Below, piece by piece: positions 25,532 to 36,900 of a stretch of 64,000 nucleotides of DNA. The stretch's first letter is position 1; every line of letters begins with the position of its first letter. The stretch is from contig NW_025766248.1 in assembly GCF_003918875.1 (NCBI RefSeq), positions 1,054,001 through 1,118,000 on the forward strand, given 5' to 3'. The notes under the pieces were generated by a model. The model was not told the origin of the DNA. It was given only the letters and a program-made list of their open reading frames with translations, and did no database searches. The translations under genes and the position numbers were made by a program. The DNA is from Haliotis rubra (lineage: Eukaryota).

Positions 25532-26782
25532 ATGGCACTGAACAAGCTCAGCATCGACAAAATCGAGTTGAAAGGCAAACGTGTGTTGATACGAGTTGAT
25601 TTTAATGTGCCGCTCAAGGATGGCAACATCACCAACAACCAGAGAATCACTGCGGCGCTACCTACGATCAATGCAGCACTGCAAAGTGGGGCGAAATCCG
25701 TCGTACTCATGAGTCACCTTGGGCGACCTGACGGTCAACGGAACGAGAAGTATTCGCTGGCACCTGTCGCCAAAGAGCTGGAAAGGCTTCTTGCGAAGCC
25801 CATAACATTCCTTAGCGACTGTGTTGGTAAGGAAGTGGAGGATGCATGTGCAAATCCGGCAGATGGATCTGTCATTTTGTTGGAAAACTTACGGTTCCAT
25901 ATCGAAGAAGAAGGAAAGGGAAGCGACTCGGAAGGCAAAAAGGTGAAGGCCGAAAAAGCCGCGGTAGATGCTTTCAGGGCATCACTTTCCAAACTCGGCG
26001 ATGTCTATGTAAACGATGCATTTGGTACTGCTCACAGAGCTCACAGTTCCATGGTTGGTTGTCAACTCCCGCAACGAGCAGCTGGTTTCTTGCTCAAGAA
26101 GGAACTAACCTATTTTGCCAAAGCTTTGGACAACCCCGTAAAACCATTCCTTGCCATCCTTGGTGGTGCCAAAGTTGCAGACAAGATCCAGCTGATTGAA
26201 AACATGCTTGACAAGGTACAAGAGATGATCATTGGTGGTGGAATGGCATTCACGTTCCTCAAGGTCCTCAAGGGTATGGATATTGGAAGCTCATTGTATG
26301 ACGAAGAGGGTGCAAAGATCATTAACAATCTAATGGAAAAAGCAGCAAAAAATGGCGTTCAAATCCATCTTCCTATAGATTTTGTTACAGCTGACAAGTT
26401 TGCAGAAGATGCAAATGTTGGTTCTGCTACAGTGTCATCTGGTATTCCAGCTGGAAGTTTGGGTTTGGATGTGGGAAAAGAATCATCCAAAAACTTTCTT
26501 GAAGTCATTAGCAGGGCTAAAACGATTGTATGGAATGGCCCACCCGGTGTTTTCGAATTCCCAAATTTTGCTGAAGGTACCAAGTCTATGATGAATGCAG
26601 TTGTCAAGGCAACAGAATCTGGTGCAACAACAATTATCGGGGGAGGTGACACGGCAACATGTGCGGCGAAGTACAACACAGAGAGCAAGGTGAGCCACGT
26701 CAGCACAGGTGGCGGAGCCAGTCTTGAGCTGTTGGAAGGAAAAACTCTCCCTGGTGTAGCAGCCCTCTCAGATGATGTCTAA
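25532..26782 (+). CDS. PGK: Phosphoglycerate kinase, intronless, 416 aa
   Basis: Single ORF from the Kozak-like CATCATGG: MALNKLSID...RVDFNVPL...SHLGRPDG...LLENLRFH...[13 protein letters not shown]...[10 protein letters not shown]...WNGPPGVFE...GGGDTA...[15 protein letters not shown]; catalytic motifs intact. Confidence 0.97.
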   Translation: MALNKLSIDKIELKGKRVLIRVDFNVPLKDGNITNNQRITAALPTINAALQSGAKSVVLMSHLGRPDGQRNEKYSLAPVAKELERLLAKPITFLSDCVGKEVEDACANPADGSVILLENLRFHIEEEGKGSDSEGKKVKAEKAAVDAFRASLSKLGDVYVNDAFGTAHRAHSSMVGCQLPQRAAGFLLKKELTYFAKALDNPVKPFLAILGGAKVADKIQLIENMLDKVQEMIIGGGMAFTFLKVLKGMDIGSSLYDEEGAKIINNLMEKAAKNGVQIHLPIDFVTADKFAEDANVGSATVSSGIPAGSLGLDVGKESSKNFLEVISRAKTIVWNGPPGVFEFPNFAEGTKSMMNAVVKATESGATTIIGGGDTATCAAKYNTESKVSHVSTGGGASLELLEGKTLPGVAALSDDV

Positions 26783-27509
26783 AGACTGATGTCACTAGAA
26801 CTTCTATTCAGATTAGATTTTCTTTGTGAGACCTCACTCAGATGTGTTCTTCATACATGATCTGAAATATTTGTCATGTTGGTCAGGCCTGGACTGGACT
26901 GAGGACACGTTTCATCGTCTATGTGACCGGTGAACATGTGAAGGAGAACTGTAAAGCATTTCATTTCTATTGAAAAGGAAATATTGGAATTGTAACTTAA
27001 CCTTTTAACATCCTATATGCTTGCTTCATGAGTGATGACAAGGCTGATGTCAGTAACTAATTTTTTGTTTTCAGATAGGAGTGTTAGGATTGTAAATGTT
27101 ACTTATTGTTATGCCCTACTTGTTGAATGTATAACTACGCACTCTACTGAAGCCTTACTCCTGTTTGTTGGGTCATTTAGGTTGATTAAATATTGACTAA
27201 ATTAAAAGCATATTTGTTATAATTTACCTTGTTTCAACTTGAAATATCTTTGTTTTAAAAATCAAAATGTTGTATAAGCAACAACAAATTATGTTTTCAT
27301 GGAAACTTGAAGATCCTTTAGAAATGCAAGTAGTTCATAGCAGTTGTTTGATTGGCATTCTAGTCAATGATGAAACATAGAACATTATGGATAGCAACTA
27401 CACTGGAACGTCTCTCTATGCAATAAACAAGAAGTTGTTATCAATAAAGTCATATGCTTCGTTATTTCAGATCAGGTTAACAAGGAAAAGATAGCTGTAG
27501 ACATATTTG

Positions 27510-27990
27510 CAGAGATGCCAACCCGATTTTATCGTATTCATTTTGAAAAAAACAACACAAAATACGAGACTACGATAGCAGTAAAAATATACAAATTTAA
27601 AAAAATAAAACATTGAATTAAATTATCAAATAGCATACGTACCATACACAGTAAGTTTGAACCACATTTTATTCAGTATCAAGCTTTTTTTTGTAGTTGA
27701 CACATACACAGTGCTACAGATGATGTCTTGAGCAGAGATGCATATTTATTCATTTGTTAGGCATCTATATGGGATATTAATAATTTTCTTCTTGTAGTCA
27801 ACCAGTTTTTCCTTGGATCTGTGTGTGTGTACAATGTCAAAAGCAAGGCCTTGGACAATATATTTACATATTATATTTTATATGAAAATTCTTTGGAAAA
27901 GTTAATACTAATTTTGGCCAAAAATTACTAATTTTTGCATCACTTTTTGGCCAAAATACTTATTGGGCTAACTTAGGGTTGGCATCTCTG
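27510..27990. mobile_element. hAT-like MITE with 15-bp perfect TIR
   Basis: CAGAGATGCCAACCC ... GGGTTGGCATCTCTG; TATTTG on both flanks. Confidence 0.7.
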
Positions 27991-28496
27991 TATTTGTATA
28001 GGCTATTAATAGTGGATTGGTTGTTGTTTTAATGCTGCACTCTGTAATAGTCCAGCTATGTGTCATAATTTAGTAGTGAATCTGAAGTACTAATTACAAA
28101 CATTTTGCAATAATTGACAGACAAAAACACTAGAACATCAAACGAGTAAGAAGTGATTTAGTTGAGAGAACTTCCTATGTACTGGTGCACCAAAGTATAG
28201 TTTCACCCCATTCTACCACCTCGACACTGAGGTCACTGATTTAGTAACCTGTAATCTGAATTAGTCCTCATACAGGCTGGAGACCCATTCACGGCTTCAC
28301 CATACCGCCACAACTACGTCGATTGATGCTCATTATGTTGATCACAGGCTTGTTTGGTCAAGAATCAATTATTTACAGACCGCCACCATATAACTGGAAT
28401 AACGCTGAGGACGTTTAACAACAATCAAACGAACAAACCATACCTCCCTACTGATTAAACCATGTAATTTGATAGTCATATAACTCATTACCCATG

Positions 28497-28655
28497 AGGG
28501 GTGATGGGATAGCTGAGTGGTTAAAGCATTCACTCTTCACGCGGAAGAGCCTGGGTCAATTCCTCTATGGGTACAATGTGTGAAGTTTAATTCTGGTGTC
28601 CCCGACTAGATATTGCTGGAATAGTGCTAAAAGCGAAGTAAAACTAAACTCACTC
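28497..28655 (+). mobile_element. tRNA-derived SINE family A
   Basis: Degenerate full-length match to the family A consensus. Confidence 0.7.
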
Positions 28656-28748
28656 GTTACCCAGGAATCAAGTCATAACGTGTTAGGGCTGCAACAAATC
28701 CACAGTGAAGCGAATGTGATAGTTGTCAGAACTATCATGACTATTGGG

Positions 28749-28994
28749 GACCTGTGAAGGTCCGGGTTAGAATATTGATCTTCAGTAACTCATGCTTGTC
28801 ATAAGAGGCGACTAAAGGGATCGGGTGGTCAGGCTCGCTGGCATGGTTGACACATGTCATCGGTTCCCAATTGCGCAGGTCGATGCTCATGTTGTTGATC
28901 ACTGGATTGTCTGGTCCAGACTCGATTATTTACAGACCGCTGGAATATTGCTGAGTGCCTCGTAAAACTAAACTCACTCACTCACTCACTCACA
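28749..28994 (+). mobile_element. Short retroelement family B, full length with 9-bp TSD
   Basis: TSD ACTATTGGG at 28740-28748 and 28995-29003; (TCAC)n tail; the 5' end begins exactly at GACCTGTGAAGG. Confidence 0.85.
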
Positions 28995-29566
28995 ACTATT
29001 GGGTAAAAAGTACCAATACTGGGTGATGAATACAATAACAGGTATGCAGCTGAAGTATTATTCATTATATTCAGAGAAAAAGTAACAAAATATATTCTTT
29101 GACACGTTTGAACCTTAGTGACATGTCATGTCAATGACCAGTGACCAAATTACTGTCCGATTACCTATGTATAAATGAGATAACTATTGTCCTGCCTGGC
29201 TTAGATTCTAGTATATGACCAGAAAGTGCTTGGTTTCATTGAGACAACCGCCTCCGTTTTAGGAATATGATCCCCGACCGCGTTTACCAAAAGACGTTAA
29301 AATATGGATTCTGGCGCTCGGCATTATAAACAGGACCGGCTGACAGTATACAGCTATTTCATGCTTCACTGCGGCTTGGTTTCATTCAAGCAGACGCGCA
29401 TGCACGTCGTCATATGAGCGAAATATTCTCAAGCACGACGTTAAAGCCAATTTCACCTCACCTCACCTCAAGAGAGACAACTCCGTTAATCCTTTTTCAT
29501 TAGTTTGTGAAGAGTTATCCCCCTTTGGTTGCTTGCTAGCAGACGACATTTTCAGTGATCCTCAGT

Positions 29567-30429
29567 ATGGATGATTTAGAGAAGAGGAAGTTGATTTTAG
29601 AGTATTATAACAAGAACATCAGATCAGCTAAAGTGATTACAAGTAGAACAGGCATCCCTTTGTCCACTGTTTATCATGTTTTGAAAAATATTGCAAATGG
29701 ATATGGCATTGGTCACCAGGGAGGCGCAGGTAGGCCCAGAAAATTGACTGTCGGTGACATGCGGCGGCTTGGTATTCTTGTTTCTAAAAACAAACGAAGG
29801 AGTTAAGAAAACTTAAGGCTGGATATGACTGATAGAGGAACTGTGGCTGTCTATAAGGAGACAATTAGAACTGAGCTGCATGCAATTGGTTGGCAGAAAA
29901 GTCGAGGAATTCCATCACCGATCATGAAACCTGAACAAAAGGAGCGAAGGTTGAACTGGTGCTTACAGCATAGAAATTTTAACTGGGACAATGTGATGTT
30001 CTCAGATGAAAGTTGTGCGTGGCTGTTTCCTAATACACTGAAATTCTGGACCAAACAAACTGAAAAACCTTTGTATCTGCGCCCAAAGTACAGTCCGAAA
30101 GTTAACGTGTGGGGTGTCATATCTGTGTTAGGGGCAACGCCCCTCTGTGTATTTGAAGGGAATATGAACAGTGAGAGGTACACAGATATTCTCGAGGGAC
30201 ATTTACTTCCATCTGCTCACGTGTTCTATGGAAATGTTTTGATTTTCCAGCAGGACAACGACCCAAAACATTTTTCAAAGCCTTCACAGGCCTGGTTTCG
30301 GACCCAAAATATGACATTATTAGATAGGCCAAGCTATAGCCCTGACCTAAATCCAGTAGAAAATGTTTGGGGACTTATGAAGGAAAGTGTCAATAATCTT
30401 TAACTTCTCAATAATTTCTGGTTGTACTG
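29567..30429 (+). mobile_element. Tc1/mariner (DD34E-type) transposase relic
   Basis: HTH with GRPRKL, one in-frame TAA at 29804-29806, then FSDES, VWG, FQQDNDPKH and SYSPDLNPVENVW. The C-terminus is truncated and the right end reads ...GTTGTACTG followed by TA. Confidence 0.85.
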
Positions 30430-30949
30430 TATATTCCATTTTGCATACCTTGCTTTGGTAAATAACACCCAAGTCCAGAGGAAAACACTCCTTTCTAAAT
30501 TATTCATGAATGTTCAATTCTAGTGATTATGAATAATGACTTGAATTCATGACATTTTAAAGTATGATTCATCGACGTTACAGATCTTGAGGGTATACAT
30601 TTTTCAACCTTTAATCCTTTCTATTGCCCATTTATGGTGTCCCCCGCCGTGATATTGCTGGAATATTGCTAAAAGCGGCGTAAAACTAAACTCACTCACT
30701 CACTCCTTTCTATTGATTTTGACTTTAATATTAGAATTTTCACTGCCAATATGTGGATTTTATGGAAACTTCATCCAATATTATGATTATTATGACATCC
30801 TTGTTCAGACAGTTCTTTCTAAACAGCAATAGATTGTGCCCAGGGTTTTGGTTACACTAAGCCTGTGAAATGGCTGGACGATGGCTACCTTCAGCTGAGG
30901 TACTGTAAAGCACCTGCTGAAGTCAGATACAGCATAATGGCACAATATT

Positions 30950-31870
30950 AGCATGTCAGCCAGTCAGCATGTCATGTGCCAGCATGTCACTCCTTCAGCA
31001 TGTCATGAATGTAGCATGTCAACCATTTAGCATGTCACTCCTTCAACATGACATCAGTGCAGCATTTCAACCATTCAGCATGTCACTCCTTCAACATGGC
31101 ATTAGTGGAGCATGTCAACCATTTAGCATGTCACTCATTCAACTTGTCATCCATGCAGCATGTCAACCATTTAGCATGTCATTCCTTCAACATGTCATCA
31201 GTGCAGCATGTCAACCATTCAGCATGTCACACCTTCAACGTGTCATCCATGCAGCATGTCAACCATTTAGCATGTCACTCCTTCAACATGACATCAGTGC
31301 AGCATGTCAACCATTTAGCATGTCACTCCTTCAACATGTCATCAGTGCAGCATGTCAACCATTCAGCATGTCACTCATTCAACATGTCATCAGTGCAGCA
31401 TGTCAACCATTCAGCATGTCACTCCTTCAACGTGTCATCCATGCAGCATGTCACCCATTCAGCATGTCACTTGTTCAACATGTCATCAGTGCAGCATGTC
31501 AACCATTCAGCATGTCACTCCTTCAACATGTCATCCATGCAGCATGTCAACCATTTAGCATGTCACTTGTTCAACATGTCATCAGTGCAGCATGTCAACC
31601 ATTCAGCATGTCACTCCTTCAACATGTCATCCATGCAGCATGTCAACCATTCAGCATGTCACTCCTTCAACGTGTCATCCATGCAGCATGTCAACCATTC
31701 AGCATGTCATCACTTGTTCAACATGTCATCAGTGCAGCATGTCAACCATGCAGCATGTTACTTGTTCAACTTCTCATCAATGCAGCATGTCAACCATTCA
31801 GCATATCACATATCAGCAAGTCAACTATAAAATATGTCATGCCACAAGAATGTCACACATTTAGCATGTA
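30950..31870. repeat. 48-bp minisatellite (three CATGTCA sub-repeats per unit), about 17-18 copies
   Basis: Unit GCAGCATGTCAACCATTCAGCATGTCACTCCTTCAACATGTCATCAGT. Confidence 0.92.
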
Positions 31871-32084
31871 GGAATCAGCTTGTGACATAACTCCCAGATC
31901 ACTCACTCAGCTGGTCTGTCATACACACCCTGAAACAAATATAAAATACATAAAATCTACTTGTCAGATTGGGTGATTGTGGGTTATGGTGCCCCAAAGT
32001 CGTTGCTCATGATATCGAACACTGGATTTACTGGTTTTGACTGACATATTTAGTATTTACAATCTTCTCTGATTTAGTGTTGGT

Positions 32085-32320
32085 GTTTGTTTGTTTAAAG
32101 CCGCGCTCAGCAATGTTCCAGCAATATGGCGGCGGTCTGTAAATAATCGAGTCTGGAACAGACAATAAAGTGATCAACAGCATGAGCATCGATCTCCGCA
32201 ACTGGGATACGATAACATGAGTCAACCAAGTCATCCAGCCTGACCACTCAATCCCGTTAGTCGCCTCTTACGACAAGCGTGGGTTCTGAAAACTAATTCT
32301 AAACTCGGATCTTCACGGGT
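32085..32320 (-). mobile_element. Short retroelement family B
   Basis: Reverse-strand full-length match with an (AAAC)n tail. Confidence 0.8.
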
Positions 32321-32668
32321 AAGAATGCTGGTGAGTGGGGCGTCCACGTGTGGACTCAATTACCCGCGGGATGAAACCCGCCTCTAACCCGACTCGAGTA
32401 CCCGAAAACAATACATTTCCTTTTGAAAATTGTCACATTACTACAAACTTTGCACCTTTTGGGAACCGTATATTGCCGTTTACAGCATCAACATTTGAGC
32501 CAAGAAATATTATTTTCCATAAATGTTTCAAGACACACACACACCCGTTGTTGTAGCAATTTGTCAGACTAACAGTAGCCCGTCACACTGATGTACCCTT
32601 TGGAGGCAACACTTGTACACGTGTCAGTCGTGCGGGAAGCATATGAAATTGACTTTATAACTTTTGAT

Positions 32669-32898
32669 TTAATCCCCGCCGAGCGATGTATATCGGGTCT
32701 GTCCGTCCACCACGTTTCGTTTCGGGAGCAATCTTTCAACCCATACGATATTTCGTCGCCAAACTTGGCACATGTATAGGTCTAGTGGCAAACTGGTGCC
32801 TCTTCATACTTTTCAGATTTTTTAAAGATTTAATATTACGAGGTTCCATGGCAACAGCTATAACTTGGACTGCAAATGCAGTGGCGGATACAGCTTTT
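32669..32898 (+). mobile_element. Non-autonomous Helentron/DINE-1-like element
   Basis: TTAATCCCCGCC start, GTCTGTCCGTCC microsatellite seed, AAACTTGGCACA core and GGCGGATA subterminal repeat, in a T-rich insertion context. Confidence 0.5.
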
Positions 32899-33943
32899 TG
32901 AAAAGGGGGAGTGGTGTGTGGTGTGTGGTGCACTCTCTTGAGAAGTGTGTGTGTGTGTGTGTGAGAGAGTGTGAGAGACACCTCATTGTCAGGAGAGTTT
33001 CAATGGTCATTTAATAAACTTTCAGGACAAAGGGGGTGTGTGTGTGTGTGGTGGTGTGTGTGTGTGCACCCCCACCCCCCACCCCCATTGATGCAATATC
33101 ATTACACAACTTACGACACGCATTCATCACTGAATGTAAACTTACTTATATTTTGAGTTCGTGGAGTGAGTGAGTGTGGTTTTACGCCGCCTTTATCAAT
33201 ATTCCAGCTATATCACTACGGGGGACATCGAGCCCGGGTCTTTTGCGTGACGAGCGAACGCTTTAACCACTAGGCTACCCCTTCTCCCTTGAACTTACTG
33301 TAATAATATGGTTCAGGGCCTGTGAGACAGACTAAGGGATTTGCATGTGGGTTTTTCTCACTGCTAATCGTGTTGCCATTGTAACTAAGGGAATGTTATG
33401 ACAGGTTGTACGTCACGGTACTCAAGGAATACTCAAGTACACAATGTATAGTGTTTACGCAGAAAGTGTAGCCTGGGGCTCCTTTTCAATTATGTATAAT
33501 TTATTATCTTCTTATGCTTTTTTCTGAGCAGAATATATATAAAATAAGTTAAACACTATACAACACTAAACAGCAGCAGCAACACACGCTCGCGCGCGCG
33601 CGCACGCACGCACTCTCTCAGAAAAAAGAAACAAGACAACATTTCGTCACATACTCTTAATGCAGCACTTTTTTAATGTTGAACATGCTATATTTATCTG
33701 TGTTAAAGGGTTATTTTTTAGTATAATGTTGTGGCCGTGCTAAATCCATACACAGAATGAATGAGTTAAAAACGGCCATTCAAGTCTTTTCATAATTGTG
33801 TGAAACGGGTTCATTCATTTGAGATCCTTCAGACGGGTTGCATATGGTTTTATTTGTTAAGCCTAGTAAATCCAACCTTCCGCTTATCGCTAGCGGTATA
33901 GTGAGGGAATTGCGCTCAGCGGAGACATTGACTTTCACAAAAC

Positions 33944-36900
33944 ATGGCGGAGAAGTCGGCTACGAGTGGCTCTCGCGTGGTAGTGGTCGCGCTTGACGGG
34001 AGCGAGTTTTCACAGAATGCCTTTAATTGTGAGTACACTGGTGAACGAATGAGGTATGTTATATTTAATCAGACAGAACTTAAACGTCGGCGATATGCAA
34101 ATTAGTCACAGCCCGATCGTCATGTACTTATGTACAGGACCATGCAACTATTCAATACTAACAAGGCGAGGCCGAAGGTGGTTCGTTAACAGATTGGCTC
34201 TTCACATTGTCTCATATATTCGTGTTATGCACATTCCTGTTGCATGCGCCGATCGTTTAACAATATATTACAAATTATCTAGTATTTTTATATCGTGCTT
34301 TTTTGTCCATTTGATATTGATCAGTGGTCAAGTCAATCCTCAATCTGTACATATTACCAAGGCAGAGCAGGTACTCGTACCAGGTGCCCTCAATCATGAA
34401 ATGTACACCTGCCAATCATCGAATTTTTTAGCCCTTGTCGTGTTAGTCAGGCATGTGCAGTGGAACCACTGGCTTAGGTTAAGCTATACTGCATACAAAC
34501 ACGGGTCAACCTGACCAGAATAATTTTAAGCGAGCCAGGTTTATTGACCGGCAGACCAAAATGAACGCTGAAAGCTTGGCTAGACCAGAGTGGGAATGCC
34601 AGGCACTATTGGTACTGGCTTCTAGCGAGCCCCCTGTCGAGTCGAGTTGGTTGTAACTGGCCATATTGGCTGACTTCCTTTGTTCATCGATTTTCTGACC
34701 CGCAGTGGGGGCCTATGTACCAGTTTATCTGCGACGTCATAATCGGCAGCTTGTGTGTACAACATTCGTTGTATTGTAGCTCTGGCGTTTCATATCCTAA
34801 TAAAATCAATAAATATCTACTTATGGCAATGTTTGCAATATGAGCAATTATAATGTTACTATTTAATGTTGGTATGTGTGGTTTCGTTATTATTCATTTC
34901 CAGTCGAATACCGTTATCTCGAATCCCTCCTCGCTATATTATGCTTGCAACGACAGTGAAACTTCAGAACCCCCAGCTGATATTGCATCTCCGCTTATCT
35001 CGAACTGCGATTAACTGGAAATATTCTTTACGACTTCGAGTTAGCGATGTTGCAGTGTGCCAAAGTTTATAATTGTCATAACCGACTGTAAATCCACAGT
35101 TGATCGGTATAAGGCAGGTCTGAATTTTGTGTGACGCCGGGTTAAGTTTTGTTTAACGCTGGTTTTAATTTGGGGTGACGCTGGTTTGAGTTTCGTATGA
35201 AGCCGGTTTAAGTTTTGTATAACTCCGGTTTGAATTTCCTTTGACGCAGGTTTGAGTTTTGTGTGATGTTGGTTTGTCTTTTGTTTAACGCGTACCTGCC
35301 AACTCTCACGTCTCCGGGTTGCAACTCAAGTCACGCTCTCACGACAAAACTGATAAATATCACGCCAAACTGGTTCGACCCCCTCACCTTCCAACCAGGG
35401 CCTAGATTTTCGAAGCTCTTTTAGCTCTAAGATAGTAAGATAGTCGTACGTTAATGTTAATGTATGGCACTTACGAATATCTTGCGCTAAGAGAGCTTCG
35501 AAAGTCTAGATCCTGGTTCCACCCTGGACCCAGCCGTGACTTGTGTTCCTTGGACCTCGATATTTCAATATTTTGTTCAATCTTGGGGTTGGATTATGAA
35601 TTTAAAAGCCAGTTTAACCAGTATTTCAGTTGTATTTGGGGCGTCTCAGCTTGCAAGCTTGGGAGGAAATTAAAGCAGTGGTGACAAGTATAGTGCTAAC
35701 AAACCTAGAAAACCGGGATCTCGTAATTTGTCAAGTCTTCTAGACGCAGCCCAGTAAAGCCATTTTCGGTGTCCCGCGATGTCCATCAGGCAACAGTTTT
35801 CTTGATGAAGATATAATAAGTCATCTTCTATAGCGCACAGCCTCCAAACACCAAGTGATTGCTCGCGGCGCTTTATCATAATCTGATTCTTATTTCCCCG
35901 GATAACCCAAGCTGCCAAGCTGACTTTATCCAACCGGGTACCCATTTTCTGCTGGGTGAACAAAGGCAATTTGGAACAAACTCACTTGCCTGAGATGAGA
36001 CCACATGTGACACTTCGTTGTGGTACAGGTAAGGCCTGAAATTCTAGAAACTCTCAGGAGTCAAACTGCCAAACACGGTCACCCGTGCAAGGACTGTACG
36101 AACTCGACGTTGCTTACAGCTGATTCGTGACCTGAGTTCAATTTCTACATTCAACATTGACACATGGGTGTTTTGTGCAGATTTCTGTAGACTATTCAGA
36201 AAATGCACTTGCGTCGCAAGGAGTGAGTGAGTGAGTTTGGTTTTACGCCGCTTTTAGCAATATTCCAGCAACATCATGGCGGGGGACACCAGAAATGAGC
36301 CTCACACAATGTACCCATGTGGGGATTCGAACCCGGGTCTTCGGCGTGACGAGCGAACGCTTTAACCACTGGGCTACCCCACCGCCCCGCGTCGCAAGGA
36401 ACGTGACATTTGTGTTATGAAGCACTCTGCGTGAGGCAGGTTGGTTGTTGATCAGGACCCCCTTTCACAAAGCACTAAGGTGATCGTAAGTCACTAAGGT
36501 AACCTTTGTGCAATGTTAAAGAATAGGAGTTAAGGTAGTAAAGGTTGCCTCGTGAAAGGAGACCCTGGCCCCGTTTCTAATTCCGGCAGTTCGTTTTAAT
36601 TTCAAGGAGCAGTCATACCGCGTCGACATTTTCTTCTAATCTATCACGCCTGTGAGACTTTACAGCTGGCTCAATGGGTTTGTTTAGTCTCCAAACTAAC
36701 CTCGCCTGTGTATGTGCACGTAGACTTCCAACGCTTGTTTTCCGAAAGGGTCAGGGTTCCGTCGCACAAAGCGATTTTAGCACTAAGGTGGTCGTAACTG
36801 CCATACCTTAACACCAACTTACGTTCATCGTAGTGCTTAGGTCGCTTTGAGGAACACGGACCTGGTAATTCATCACAAGTGGTGGGGTAGTGGTTGGGGT

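Noticed and set aside
25339-26706. Antisense ORFs over PGK (likewise those over the TLR)
   Set aside because: Shadow frames of the real coding strand with no recognisable domains.
30969-31871. 300-aa and 260-aa ORFs as real proteins
   Set aside because: They are translations of a 48-bp tandem repeat with no domain, splice context or unique sequence.
36222-36389. tRNA genes at SINE A heads
   Set aside because: The A/B boxes run into a constant non-tRNA body and microsatellite tail, often with TSDs; these are SINEs.
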